Shown: one piece after another, positions 1 to 13,700 of the stretch | Numbering within the stretch: the first letter of the stretch is position 1 | How the letters are laid out: every line of letters starts with the position of its first letter | Assembly (NCBI GenBank): GCA_013265495.1 | Contig: MU058584.1 | Location: forward strand, 4,160,508 to 4,224,507 | Direction: 5' to 3' | Source: Vicugna vicugna | Lineage: Eukaryota | Length of the DNA: 64,000 nucleotides | The notes under the pieces: model-generated | The model's input: the letters and a program-made list of their open reading frames with translations, nothing else | Told to the model about the DNA's origin: nothing | The model's database searches: none | Translations under genes and position numbers: made by a program

Positions 1-143
1 AATAGAGTCTCAGTTTTGCAAGATGAAAAGACTTCTGTGAATGGTCGGTGATGGTGGTTGCACAATATAAATGTACTTGATCCCACTAAGTGCACAGTTA
101 AAAATGGTTCAGGTGATAAATTTAATGTGTATTTTACCACAAT
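1..143 (+). mobile_element. L1MB 3' end
   Basis: AGAGTCTCAGTTTTGCAAGATGAAAAG...GGTGATGGTGGTTGCACAAT...TATTTTACCACAATAA. Confidence 0.75.
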
Positions 144-1089
144 AAGAAGTTGCTGGTGGGGGTGTTGCAGAATTGAGAAGCACATACTGTTAAAACTGTC
201 TGAGGCATTGAGACTGTCACATTCTGCATCTTCGAGGGGGGAGAAGAGAAAGCAGGGGCGAGCGGTTAGGAGTCAGGTGGGTAGGATGCTGGTCCACAGA
301 AAGGCTTAACCCTTGCAGCGCCGAGGAAAGCAGCGGCCTTTGCCTCTTTTATTCCATCAGTAGCTCGTCAGCTCATTGGTACTCACTTTCCTGAGTCCAG
401 CAAGTTCCATTGCTTTCAAAGATAAAGCTAGGCAACAGCTTGCAAAATTTAGAAGCTGATGTGCACAAATTAAAAAAAAACCAAAACATCAAGAAAACAA
501 CAGGCTGGTGAGCTCTGTGAAGCCTCTTACTAGCAGGGAGGGGAATTTTCCTCTCCCGTCGCGTGGGCTGCTGTCTCCAGCTTCAAATCATCAACAACCC
601 CTGTCCGGGGTTAGCCCCGGGTAGGGGACACCCCATCCCCTAAAACCTCCTTCTTGAACTGACAGTTCAATTCGCCCCAAGTGGGAGGTGGGAAACCACG
701 CATCCATCTCACAGGGACCCCTCACGGGTGGGTGTGAGGAAGGAGGCTGAGCTGGAAGTCTCATTCAGGGACACCCGGCTTAGTGTCAGCCTGGAGCAGC
801 AGGTCCCACAGTTACAGAAGGCTTCGTTCCTGGGACACCATGGGGTCGGCTAGGGGCAGAGGGGAAGGCGATGGGGAGTGGCGGGGAGGGGATGAGTGCT
901 TTTTTTGGATTCCAAACATATTGTACTTCTAGGCAGATGAAAATGATTCCCCTGCCATCCTCAAACCTTTCTTGCCTCCTCCTCTACTTCCACGTTCTTA
1001 ATGTTTCTTCTCTTTTCTTTCCATCAGCTCTCCTTCTCCAGCTTTCCCCTTTCTGCTTCACCAAGTAAGCATCAGCATATTAGAGACAG

Positions 1090-1325
1090 CTGCTACTTAG
1101 TTGAGCCCTTTCTCAGTGTCTCTCCTGGATTAAGGGCTACAATAGGTTATGTCTTTGGTTCCTCACAATGGCCATAGGACATAGGTGTTACTGCATCCAT
1201 TTTACAGATAGAGATGCTGAGGCTTAGAGAGAGGTTAAGTGACATGTCCAAGGTCACACAGCTAGAAATATAGCAGAGCAGGGATTTGAACCTTGACGAT
1301 CAGCCTTCAGAGCCAAGACTTAGCA
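1090..1325 (-). mobile_element. MIR SINE (one of many MIRs, e.g. ~1590, 3050, 7230, 11090, 17030, 26110, 36430, 45450, 50600, 53290, 55680, 55920)
   Basis: MIR core CCATTTTACAGATAGAGATGCTGAGGCTTAGAGAG...GTGACATGTCCAAGGTCACACAGCTAG...GGATTTGAACC. Confidence 0.75.
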
Positions 1326-3261
1326 CTGTGTTGCTATATTTTTTGCAAATTCTCTTCCCTCCTCCTTCTCTCATTCCTCTTCCACATCTTCCTCTATCCC
1401 TTCCTTTTTTTAAGGCAGTAGATCTGATGATAATGGTGTCAGCAGGGAATGGAGAAGTCTGACTGATAGGGAGAGAAAGGAGGCAGCCAGTTTCAAGCTC
1501 CGATTATGACATTAATGTAGATTTTGCTCCTGCCTGCCTTTTCCAAAATGGCTGAGTTCTAGGGCTAGAAGGAACCTTACTGACCATCAGTGTCCAAACC
1601 TTCCATCTCGTACAGAGGAAAATAGAATCAGAGACATCAAGTGATGTTCTTGAGTCCACACAGCTAGTTAGTGGCAGAGCCCAGACCCAGGAGCTGGCCA
1701 CCTAATTCCAAAACTTTTCCTGTCCTATAGGCCTTCTCCATAAGTGAGTGTCTACATTACTCATCCAGAATCATCAATTTGTCCAGGAAGCATTTACCAA
1801 AAATTTACCCTGGTCAGGCACAGAATTAGCAAACTCTCCATCAGAGACCCAGGACACCTGAGATGCTCTTAGTTTTGCTGAATCTGTGTCTGCAGGTGCA
1901 GCCTCGGGGACCCTGGACCTTCTTCCCAGGGCTCAGCTGTAGGGGCTGCAAAACAAGAAGATGGCTCGGGGCTCTCCCAGGGCAATCCAGGCTGCGTCTC
2001 CCCAGAGTTACAAAGGAGGCAGGACTAGTGGGGGACTACAGCTGTGTCGGGGGGACTTGTGGAGGATGGAAAGGGTGTGGGAGGGAGGTGGCTGGTAAAT
2101 AAAACATGCTTTCTGAAGAGCCCTCTCTCTCTGTGTTTATTGTATACAGCCAGTTCCTGGGGCCAGTTCAGCAAAGCCTCTGCCCAGGGATTCTGGATTG
2201 GCTTCATCCTTTTGGAAAGGCTCAGGGGTTCTCCTTCTACGTGGGGAATGGCCTGGTGCTCGGGACATTCTACAGACTATGCTGGGTTGACTTGATGATT
2301 TGGAGTTTAATAAACATGGTGGCTCCTCTACACCGGGAGGAGCAGGACCTTGGGAGAAATCATGTAGCTCACTGGGCTGCATTTTGCCCATCTGTGTTAT
2401 GGGAGTAATTTCCTCACCGTTGACCTCTCAGTTCTGCTGTGAGGGTCAGATGAGAAAGCGGGTGGGGATGTAGCAACTAGGTAGTAACTAGCACTATTCT
2501 GAGGCACTTGTGGTCTTGTGGTTGCATCGTCCTAGTTTTATTTTGCACCATGGCTTTACGCCATCCCTGTCACTGGATTGTTACAAGGATCAGATGAGAT
2601 GAGGAATCGTGTGTTCCTCAGAGGGCAGGAGCTTTGCCTTGTATTCTGTATCTCCTATAGGGCCTGGATGCAGAGAAACATTTATTAAAACAATGGGTGT
2701 TGAGTGCGAAAGTTTTGCCAAAAACAACATGTGTGGGACAGAGGCAATGATCACATCAGATTTTAAAATCCAGTGTACTCACTGGATTTTGAGCTGAAAT
2801 GAGAGTTAGAGACCTATTCCAAGGCCTTATCCTAGAAAACTTTGTTCCCTCCCCGTTGGGTTCTTGCATCCTCAGAGCAGTTCAGGACCCCTCCTTTCAG
2901 ACACTGCGGGGAGGGTAGATCTGGAGAAGGGGAGGTCTGGTAGCCCAGGTGGCCACCTGAAAGAGTTCAGTGGATTTCTCGTGCTCTCTTAGAAGAACTT
3001 ACAAAATCCAGTGTGAGAAAAAGTTCCCATCAGTGACATCATGGCCAGGATTCAGACTTTGGTGTAAGACGGTCCTGGGTTTAAGTCCAGGTTGGCTGCT
3101 TACTAGCTGTGTGGTCTGGAATATATTACATGGCCTCTCTGTAAAACTGGGATATCATGGGGTTGTTTGAGAGGAGTAATTGCAGCGATGGATGGGGTGT
3201 GCTCAGCCCCGAGGTGGGCACTGGGTCTGTGTACATTAAATGATGGAGGTGGGGGCAATTG

Positions 3262-3889
3262 TGAAACTGCCCCACAGAGTTAACAGAAGCTGATACTGAT
3301 AGAAATTCCTGAACTGGTCTTCCAGAACAACAGAAAGGGAACAGCTTGCTAAAACCCCTTTGCTTGTAAACTGCCTTCCTTGATAAGTTTGCCTTAATTA
3401 TTTGTTCTTTCCTTCTTTTTCATTCTCTTTAATTGCATACCTTTCCAGCAGTACAGTTGTTTTACAGGAAACCGGAGCCAGCTCTTTTGCAGTGCGAGCC
3501 GGCTAGGGATGGCTGGGGCCACCGACCCTAAAACTGGGCCTGCGCAGTTGTCCGGTGAGTGGCACTTTGACATCTGAAGGCTGGAAAACTCCACCCTCAG
3601 AGCAGGCTAAGCACCTCCATTTTGAACGTGCAGAAGCACGGAACCAAGACGCACCTGCGCAGAACACCGATCCCCTCACTTTTCCCTGCCTCCAGTCACC
3701 TTTCCCCGCAGCTGCGACCACCCTGCTCAGCCCATAAACATCCCAACCCCCTCGCCTTCGGGGAAGTGGATCTGAGACTTGTTCTCCCATCTCCCTGCTT
3801 GGCTGCCTTGTGAATCAACTCCTTCTCAGCTGTGAACCTCGGCATCTCAGTGTTTGGCTTGCCGGGCAAACAGAGCTAGCTGGGTAACA
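3262..3889 (+). mobile_element. ERV1-class solo LTR (MER4/MER41-like)
   Basis: TGAAACTGCC...GGTAACA termini, ~630 bp. TATA-like CATAAA, poly(A)-signal-like GAATCAA and a typical ERV1 R/U5 segment (GTCTCAGTG-like, TTTGGCTT). Confidence 0.65.
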
Positions 3890-4289
3890 GTGGTCACACT
3901 GATCCCTCCGAGGGAAGAGAGTTGGCTCCTCACTTCATCCTTCTCACCTAGCACAGTGCTAGGAATACTGACTTCTCTGCCCTCACTTGCCCTCACTAAA
4001 TTCCCAGCCCAGCTGCTACACTGACCGCGCTAAAACATAAAACTGGGTCTCTTTTCTGCTCTGCGCTCTTGATCTCCATCTCACCTCGCATACAACGTTC
4101 TTCAAGCCCATCCTCAACTGTCACTCTCCTTGCCCCCCCGACTGAAACTCAGTACCTCTGGCCTCCCCGTCACTTCCTCCACCTCCTTGCAGCCCCGGAA
4201 ACTCGCCAGTCTCTGCACTGTCCCTCCCCGCCTCCTGCCAGAGTCCCACTTGGCCTGCTCACTCACTCCCTTCTGGTTTGACTCCTGTG

Positions 4290-4610
4290 TCACTGTCTCA
4301 GCAAGGACATCCCTGAGCACTCTACATAAAATTGTGTCCCTTCCACCACCACCCAGACACTTCTGTGCGCCTTCCCTGTGGTATTTTCCTTCTTAGCACT
4401 TCTCTCTCTCTCTGACTATGTATCTTACTCATTGCCTTGTGAATTACCTGTCTCCACCTTTAAAATATTAGCTCTATGAGGTCTGAGGTTGTTGTTTTGT
4501 TTTGTTGTTTTGGGTCTGTTTTGTTCGTGTCGTTTCCAAAGCACCCAGAACTGTTCCGGGCATAGAAAAGATGCTCGATAAATATTTGTTGAATGAATAA
4601 ACAAATGATT
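4290..4610 (+). mobile_element. L2 3' end
   Basis: Ends GATGCTCGATAAATATTTGTTGAATGAATAAACAAATGA, the L2 terminal signature. Confidence 0.65.
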
Positions 4611-7600
4611 AGTATTTGTGGTGGGTTTTGTTTTGTATTTGTTTTCTCTACATGGGAAGAATTGTGGAATAAGGCAGAAAATAGTCTAGTAGTGAGTTAT
4701 TCATTACAGAACTATCCCCAAAATTCTGGCTTTCCACTCACCAAAGACACTATTGAGTGACAGCTGTGTTAGAAGAGAATTTTGACTTGAGGACCTTGAA
4801 GGGACTTCCAATGTTCTGACTGCTGCATCCGGGTTGGGCCTGCATGTGCTGTAGCAGGATCACAGGAGCCTTATGCACCCCCCCCACCCCCAGCAGTCCC
4901 TCCTCCCCTGGCCAGTACCTGGGCCGCAAGTCTGCTCAAAAGCACCAGCTTGCCACCAAATCATGAAGCGAAGAGGTTTTGCATTACTTTGGCATTGAAG
5001 CCTGCTCCATCCTGCGAAGCGTCTGACTCTGTACAGAGTGGAGCAGGGAGTACGAAGAAGGAATCTAAGGAGGAAGCAGCTGGATCTCAGAGGTGCTGGA
5101 CCCAGAGAGAAATTAGCAAGGTCAGCTGACAAGCAGGGCTCCCTGGGTGGGGCTGAGAGGTGAACAAGGGGTGGGAGGAAGAAGGACCACAACCAGGGAG
5201 ACGAGTGTAACTCGGGACCGAGTTGAAGTTTGAGATTCGGGGACTATTCTTCAATGGGGTCCCTCCATCTCCTGAGAGGTGTCTCTGGATGAGAGATGTC
5301 TTTGGATGGATATGTCCACTGTGGTCCTCTGTCACCATCATAAATGCCCGAAAGGAATGGTATGAGAAACCCTTCTTGGTCTTGACCGCCATGGCTACAA
5401 ATGGCCATCAGCTCCACCCTTTGGAGAGCAGGCCAGGATGGGTGTGATGAGCACCCTGCCACACCTAAACTCTCCATCAGGTGGAGATAGGCCTGGAGTT
5501 TAGGAAGCTTCACAAGGAAGGTGAGTAATGCAAAGTTTGGGCTCATGAAAGCTCCAAAGGCGGGCCCCCGGAAGCAAGGACACTGACCGTGAGGGGAGAC
5601 CTAGCAGGTCTACTGCCAGGAATTTATTCCAAAGAAATAACCCCCAATGTGGACACAAATTTATGCACAGGAATGTCCACAGCAGCACTGTTCATAATGC
5701 ATCAAAATGTGAAGTCATTTAATGTCCAACAATAGGTAGTGGTGGAATAAATTACAGCACTCTGTGGGCACTAAAATTGATGCAGAGAAATATTTAACAA
5801 GAAGGAAAGATGGCCATGATTTATCATGAAGTGGGGGGAAAAAAAACGTTATAAAACTAAATGAATGTATTCAATCCGGAAGGATGGCCACTGACATACA
5901 AATGAGCCTTGGCGGCAAAAATTTTTTTACATGATTTTTGTTTTCTCTCTGTTCTTTCCTATATTTACTAAGTTTTCCACAATAAGTATACTTTGACCTT
6001 GTAATCATTAAAATAGGAAAAATGCTGTCTTTTAAAGCGTGTGTATTTTAGGTTCTAAAAGCAGGTAATAAAATCCACCCAGTTTTAAATAGGATGTGGT
6101 AGAATGGCTGACTTTCAGGCCATCTTTTGCTTATTTCTCATTTTCTCTAGCATTCTAGGGCACGAGAAACTTTCTTGGTGGTAATTTACCACTTTTAGGG
6201 GCAGCATCAAATAAATAAGGACATGAAGATCACAAGTGCTGTTGCTATTTGATTTGGAAACAGTACTATTGCCTTGGATAACTATTATCCTAGAATTTAG
6301 AGTTAAAATAAGTAGGGATGAGAGGAGAGCCTGGCAGAGCAGAAAGAGCACTGGGCTGAGTCCATCCTGGGCTGCAGATCGAGAATCACAAACTGTCGAC
6401 TGGAACAAACTCGGAAATCTGTGTATAAGGTGCACCCAACCCCATCCATGACCTGAATTCCACCTACAGCATCTTTCTGGCTCAGCTACCAGCTTCATGG
6501 TTCTGCCACCTCCTTTCTCAGGGCCAGTGAACTAAAGGGATTAGGACCAAGGGGATCTGCTAGCTTCTTTACCAAGGACAGATTCCATGATGAAGAGGGG
6601 AAGACAGATGGTGCCATAAAAACCTCCTTTATCATTTTACCCAGGGCTGTCCTGGGCAAATATTTTATTGAGGGCCTGGTCCTTTCTCCTTGGTGCCTAG
6701 AGTGGACCCTGCTGCAGACGTGTGATGGGTGCTTGTAGCTTGGTCTTGGGACCCTGGCTGTGGCAGCTCTCTGCCACCACTCCTGTCCTTTAGTCTATCC
6801 CCTAGCCCTTGTCAAGGGAGCATCTTCTGTGCTGCTCAGATCCAGGAGCTGCCTTCCCATCTGCCCATCTGTCCACATTTCTATTCCTCTGTGGCTCAGT
6901 GACTTTGGTTGTTTTTCACACCCCAGATCAGATCAGCTGCTAAAACCAACAGTGCTTTGGCATATTTCTACATGAACCCATACCTTTCTAAACTTTTGTT
7001 TTAGAATGCTCAGATCCCTCAAGAGTCAGAGGATCAGGGACATTGGGGTGAGAACAGATGGAGAGGGACTCGAGGGAGCTGGAGATGGGCTCATGCTTCA
7101 GGGATCATCAGAAAACCCTTGAGATCGCAGATGGACACGGCCACTGGCAGACACTCTATTTGACATTTCTACTTTATCTGTTCAGGTGTTCATTCTTTTT
7201 TTTTTAATCTATAATAACAGAAAACATTTATTACAGGGCTATTATGTGCCTAGCTTCATCTTGGCCCTTTACAGACAGTATCTTTAATTCTCCCCCAAAT
7301 TAAGATAAGTAGAGTTACTTCATTTTTCCAAAGAGCAGTTTCAGAGAGGTCTAGTCACTTGCTCAGGGTCATCTAGCTAGGTAGTGGTAAAGCCAGAATT
7401 TTGATTTACATCTGTTTGCCTCATAAATCTATGCTCTCCCCACTTTCTGCTGAAACGGACCTCCCTCAATCCCAACGCCAATGGAAGACAGGAGGAGGCA
7501 CTGGCCAACTGTGGATACCCAGTGTCCAGTGGCTGCTTTCCCTGATTCATGGCTGTCGCCCTTGGGGAGAACCAACCAAAAGCCATACTCACAGGGCAGC

Positions 7601-7767
7601 CCCGAGGCCATCACTTCAACTAACGTTGGGGAAAGCGATTAGCAATGGATCAGTCTCTAGCCTCCCGCGCTGATCAACCTAATGACCAAAATGAAGTCAA
7701 ACTGGATTGTCCGTCAGGACCTAACCCATCACTGATTGGTTGATGAACAAAAATTATGACTTCAATC

Positions 7768-7975
7768 CACGAGTTCTCAACCAGGGCCAGATTTTTGCCC
7801 CTTGGGATTTCTGCAACATCTAAAGACATTGTGGGCTGTCACAGCTTGGAAGTGCATCCAGTAGGTAGAGACCAGGGCTGCTGCTAAACGTGCTACAATG
7901 CACAGGACAGCCCCCCACAACAAAACAGTGTCCAGCCCCAAACACCATAGAGCAGAGATTGAAAACCCCTGCTCC
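7768..7975 (+). mobile_element. MER20 (hAT-Charlie) DNA transposon
   Basis: GTTCTCAACCAGGG...CATCCAGTAGGTAGAGACCAGGGCTGCTGCTAAAC...ACAATGCACAGGACAGCCCCCCACAACAAA...TTGAAAACCCCTG. Confidence 0.8.
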
Positions 7976-9721
7976 AAGCACTCAATCAAAAGGGATTTGG
8001 CACAACTGAAGACCAAATATCAAAAAGAGCATCTATTTTATTCCTGGAAAATTGTCTCTAGGGATAAACTGTCCAAGAGTTAGCCTGGACCAAGGTGTCC
8101 ACATCCTGATATGCTAATTAGTTGGCATCGTCTATGTTTTCCAGTTTGCCTTCTTCAAGTGTGGCCCATGGAATTTGCTTTGGGTTAAAATCAGGAGTGG
8201 AAAATTCAACTTCTAAGAGGAAAATAAACAGAAAATGAAAAGCATGTGTAATAATGGAAGCTCATGTGCAAATTTTCGTTGAATGCGTTCTTTTCCGTAA
8301 GTCCCCTCACCCCCCCGCATGCCATCCCTTCAGGCCACAGATGTATACATAACCTCTTCGTATGTTAAGTATCTCGGAGAAGAGCTCAGATTTGGACCCA
8401 GAAGAATGGAATTCAATTTCCAACTCTACCAATAACGAATCTTGAGCAAATCACTTATCTTCTTTCAGCTTTAGCTTCTCCACCAGTAAAAGGGGGCTAA
8501 GCACATATTCCAAAGGGATGTGGATTTTTTTCATGAAGTAATTTACATGAAAGCACTTGACAAAACTATAAAGTGTGATCTAACCGCTCACAAGACGATG
8601 ATCACACACACAGAGGGCTTCTCCTCTGTGGGGCATGTGGTTTCTCTTTATTAGATTTTCCCACATTATCGCTGCCTATGTAAGTTTCTCCTGGGTGACA
8701 TTCTGTTTCTTAGGCTGCACTGGAGAAATACTCGTTATACCATGAAAGGGAAATTGAATTCAACTTATTTTACTCATGTCCCAAAGGAGAGTCTTGCTTC
8801 TAAGAAGGCAGTACATCCTATTACAATGAGAAAGCTGAGGATGGTTAGACAGACAATATTTATAACGTAGCTCTCCATGTTCCCAGTGATGAGATCTTCA
8901 CATTACCCAATGCTTTCTTGTCCTACAATCATTCTTGCTGCTTTGAGCCAGACTCGTATTGCTCTGTAGTTCTCATCTGTTTTTGCCTTTCCTTAACTTA
9001 ACAGGATGCTGGAGTTTTACTTTCAAAATCAACACAATTTCAAGGGTTGTTTTTTTTTGTTAAGTTGAAAACAGAGCATGCCATCCTTCCATTACAACCT
9101 GAGCTTCTCTTAAGAATTAGAGAGGGGGGCCTGTCCACGTACATGTGTTATTAATTAACTTTTATCTGATGATCTTGAAGCACTGGTAGCAATTTTAACA
9201 CACATGGTTTCTCATAATTGCCCCTCTTGCCTGTAAAGTCTTGTTATGCAGAGCAGAATTATTCTGAGGACGAATAAGCTGTGTGTCGTGACGTGCGGTG
9301 AGTTCCTGAGAACAGAAACTCCTATGACTAAACTCTCCATAAACAGAGCAAATCAGAGAATAATAACAAATGTTTTTATCATGCAGGCCAGCCAAATCAC
9401 ATTTGGGTTTCCATTTCACTTTGATGAGAGAATTGAAGATGCCCCACCCCCAGCAAATGTACGCCATTTTTGTTTTAAGCTCTACACCTGTGCTGTCTGC
9501 TCACTGAAGCCAACCCCTCCCTCCAGCTGTACGGCCGCCTATGGAGAGCCCCTCAGGCATCTCCCAGGTGCTATGGGCTGGGAATAAGCAGAGATGGGAA
9601 GACACTTACTTACTGACATGGGGCCCCCTTTCAAACGCAGAGATAGAAAACCAGGCATATGATGTAGTGGAGGTAGATTTGGACCCAAGCATCTGACTTC
9701 TGATCCCATCGCTCTTAACGG

Positions 9722-9961
9722 CACGGTGGCAAAGTATGACCTGTGGCCCAAATCCAGGTAGCTGCTGGCTTGTAAACAAAGTTTTATCGGAATATCACAG
9801 CGCTCATTGCTTTGCATATTGTCCGTGGCTACTTTTGTGTGACTCCAGCAGAGCGGAGCAGTTGTGAAAGAGACCTATGGCCCATAAAACCTAAAATGTT
9901 TTTAAATGTGTTTTAAATGTTTACTCTCTGGTCCTTTGGAGAAAAAGTTTACAAGGCTCTG
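9722..9961. mobile_element. MER58A-like hAT DNA transposon
   Basis: GGCAAA...GGCCCAAATCCAG...GTAAACAAAGTTTTAT...GGCCCATAAAACCTAAAAT...TTACTCTCTGGTCCTTT...AAAAAGTTT. Confidence 0.7.
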
Positions 9962-10119
9962 CTTAGCTGCTGGGTTTCATTTGAGGGGGTCCAATGGTAC
10001 ATACTTCGGGCATACAGAGAACACAAAGAAACAAACGTCAGAGTCCTTGACTCCAGAATCTTTCAGTTGGAGAAATGTAACGACGTACATAAAAAGTTAA
10101 TTAATAATACAAGAGTTGG

Positions 10120-10200
10120 GGGGAGGGTATAGCTCAATGGGATAGCATGTGCTAAAGTTCAATTCCCAGTACCTCCACTAAAAAAAAAATAATAATAATA
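10120..10200 (+). mobile_element. Camelid tRNA-Ala-derived SINE, internally deleted, with TSD
   Basis: GGGAGGGTATAGCTCAA...CCCAGTACCTCCA + A/AAT tail; TSD ATAATACAAGAGTTGG at 10104-10119 and 10201-10216. Confidence 0.85.
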
Positions 10201-11681
10201 ATAATACAAGAGTTGGATGATGACATGAGCCAGCAGTCAACGACAGCCCAGTGCACTGATCTTATGAGCCAGGATGTGTCAACTGCCTGGCTCCAAGCCC
10301 AACACTTTTCATGCCTCATAGAGTTTGTTCGTCCCAAAACCCCTTTGAGGTCAATATTGTTAAACAGATGAAGAGCCCTGGATCCAGAGAGCTTTTGTTT
10401 GTCCGAGGGACATACCACTGGAAAGTCCTGAAGGTAGAATTTGAACCCAGTAAGTGTGAGTCCGGAACCCATACTCCTCACCGTCAGCTGAGTGGAGCAG
10501 ACATGAAAGCCTTGGGAGTTCAATGAAGGGAGGGGTTATTGCGGTCTGGGTGGGCTACCAAGTCTTCAAAGCAGAGATGGGGCCTGGGTGATGCCAAGAA
10601 GGATGGAGAAGCATCTCAGAAACAATCCTCCCCACATGAGAGAAGACCACGTCGCACGTTAATCCTGACCAGCTAGCCCTGGGGAGGGGACTTGGCCAGA
10701 GGACACATCTTTCCTATGACTGATCTCTCCCAGACCTGTTCAGAACCTCCAGTAAGTGTTTATTAGCCGCCCCAGGTCAATTGCATCCAACTCCCAGCCA
10801 CCACACATCAAAGGGTGGGACCTGAGCCACTGTCAGTGATGCTGGCAGGAGAAGCGGGCTGCAGGTGGCTTGGTGGTTGTTCCTGTGCCCCTAGGAGAGG
10901 GCCCGAGGCAGGTCTGTCTTAGGGCTTTTGGGGAGACATGTGGTTAGAAGCACCCTCGTCACCCAAAGAGAGATTCAGATCTGGTCTCTGCATCCCACAC
11001 CATAGCCCCCTTCTCTGATGGCACCTCTTCCGCAACCATATTAATAGTGGAGCTCAGCACAGCGAGGACCCTGGGAAGCACCACGCATCAGAGACTCTGG
11101 CTCCAAACCTCGGCTGCACCACTTACTAACAAGTCCTGAGACAAACCTCTTAGTCTGTTAGGGCTTTGGTTTCTCACCCATAAAATGGAGTGATGCTGAC
11201 CTCACAGGGGTGTCATAGGACTGAATAGGCTACGAGATGGGACCCTACATGGAAACGCCAGGTGTGTGTAGGCATGAGCTAAATACCATTAGAGAGGGAA
11301 GTTAAAGGCAGATGGGAAGCTGGCAACAAGGGAAGGACTCTGGAATAAATGAAGGCTGTTCTGCTTCTGGATATGGTTCCTTTCTCCCAAATCAGCAGAG
11401 CAAAAGGGGCTCCTTGCTAAGGATGTGAACCTCATGGAGTGGCCTCCTCCCACAAAGGAGGGGGTCATTTTCCAGCAGTGGAATAAAAACAGTGCTGCTG
11501 CTCGCCAACACACTCCTCTCACAACCTCCCACGTCCACGGGCCAGAGCCCGCCTGAGGTGCTGGCTGCCGACAAGAAGAGAAAAGGAATCATAGAAATTA
11601 TTTTCTTTGCCATGAATATCCTTGTAATACATCTTCCTGTCCCTTTCGTGCCTCCTAATTCTGTCTATCTGTCTCTGTCAT

Positions 11682-11684
<3 letters not shown>

Positions 11685-11718
<34 letters not shown>
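11685..11718. repeat. (CA)n microsatellite
   Basis: About 17 perfect CA units. Confidence 0.95.
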
Positions 11719-11721
<3 letters not shown>

Positions 11722-12789
11722 TACTTGCAACAGCAAAGAAAATCAAGGTCATCCTAGCTCCGGTCTACACACCTGTGTTTGTAAACAAGCATGCCTCACT
11801 AGAATTAAAATCTATTCTTAATTAAAACAGCCTTTCCTTGCAAGCCAGGGCTGGGCCCTATTCCCATTTCTCAAATGCTCATGGGCCTCAGAAAGCTACA
11901 GAGAGAAATGACCAATTCCTACTGACTTTTCCCAAGGAGATTATGTTTGAGGCATTTCTTGACTCAGAACTGAACTGGAACCACCCTGCCTTACAGCTGG
12001 GGCCCCCGGCAGCTGTGACCTGGAAACATGACTTCGTTTGTTCTTCTTTCACCAGCCAAGGAGACCACACAGAAGGCAGGAGGGGCCAGCCACAGCTGCC
12101 ATCTTGGCCCTTCTTCCTGTCAGGGTCCCTCTGCCATCCAGACCACTGCCATGGGGAGTTCAGATGGAGCCCGGAAAAAGAGGGTCTGGAGCAGCCAGAA
12201 TAACTGTCTAAAATCTAGAACCAGCCCTGCTGCTTGAATTACCATTCAGATTCATTTCGAGATTGCAGAATGTGCTGGCAATGTTTTTCTAAAGGGCAAC
12301 CCCGGTGCTCCCGAGAGGGAAGCACCCTCCCCTCTTACACATTTATTCCATCTTCTGGAGGGAAGGAGGGACGTGGGGAGGGGACAGAGCTGGTTCAGCA
12401 ACCCCACAATCTGCATCTATGTCAGTCACTGCAGCCAGAGCTTGCTAGTCAACCAGGCTGGACATGAACTTCTATGCCTTGAGCTGGAAGTGTCCTGCCC
12501 TCAGCACTGCCTGATGACAGAGACCCCTGGGCAGTTGACATGTCGCCTCCCTCTCCTCGTGGAACCACATTGTGGTGAATGGCAATCAGTGTTCAAAACA
12601 AATAAACTGAGCCATCAGAGAAGCATATTTTCTCAACAGTCTTAGGAGAGTTTGAGAAGTATATTCTTGTGTTTAAGAAAGAAATTAAAATGCTGACTCA
12701 AATCATAATTTCAGCAAGGGACTTGTTACATGGTGCTCGGAAAGTTTCACAATCTCTTTGCATCACTTGAGGAACCATTTTTAAGAAAG

Positions 12790-13700
12790 TGTCTTAGTTT
12801 GGGTTCTTCCGGAAGCAGACCCTGAGGCAAAAATTAAAGTACAGGTGCTTTATTGGGAGATGAAGGAAGGTAGCTGTTACGGATTGAATGGTGCCCTGCA
12901 AAACCTTGTTGAAGTCCTAACGCCCAGCACCTGTGAACGTGACCTTATTTGGAAATAGTGCTGACAGATGATCAAGCTAAGATGAGGTCATTAGGGTGGG
13001 CTCTAATCCAAAAAGCAGTGTCCTCATAAAACGGGGACGTTTAGACACAGAGGCAGGCTTGCACACAGGGCGAGCGCCACGAGAAGATGGGGCAGAGTTC
13101 TAGGCGATGTGTCTACCAGCCAAGAAGTGCCCCACCTTGCCAGCAACCACCAGAAACTTGGGGAGAGGCCTGGAACAGATTCTCTCTCAGAAGGCACCAA
13201 CCCTGCGAACATCTTGATCTTGGACCTCTAACCTCCAGGATTGCGAAAGAATCAGTATCTTTTTTCAAAGCCAACCAGTTTGAGGTATTTTGGTACAGTG
13301 GCCCTAGGAAATGAGTACAGTAAATACGTGGGGGGATCTGGGAGAAATAGGAAGGAACTCAATAAAGGGAGCCTTCTCAGCTAGTTATCATGCTGGTAAA
13401 TTCGAGGAAACAGTTTGGAACAGGTAGTGCAGAGATACCACACGTGACGGCAAGGCCGTTGAGGGTGGCCCCGGCAGGCTGGTAATCCCCCTGCACTGCC
13501 AGCCTGCAGGCGCACAGGGTGGAGAAGGCTCCACGGACAGAGAAAAGCCTTGAGCCGAGAGGTGCAGGTGGCGGCAGCTGGAAGGCTGGCCAGACACTGG
13601 GGGGTAGGCGGGGAGGCGGGGTGCAGTGTGGTATGAACAGCACCATCCACTCCAAAGGATGAGCTGAGTCTTCTTCAGGCTGTTGGGAGTATCCATTGCA
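12790..13700. mobile_element. Older ERVL-type LTR (-) with a nested MaLR MLT1 LTR (+, ~12875-13319)
   Basis: TGTCTTAGTTTGGGTTCTTCCGGAAGCAGACCCTGAG is an ERVL LTR end in antisense. The MLT1 has hallmark TGTTACGGATTGAATG...GTGACCTTATTTGGAAATAG...GGAAATGAGTACA. Confidence 0.7.

Noticed and set aside
4930..5550. Exon-like unique sequence with several ~100-aa ORFs (also 15384-15701)
   Set aside because: No protein family or coherent splice structure recognised; a BLASTX search would be needed to exclude a decayed retrocopy.
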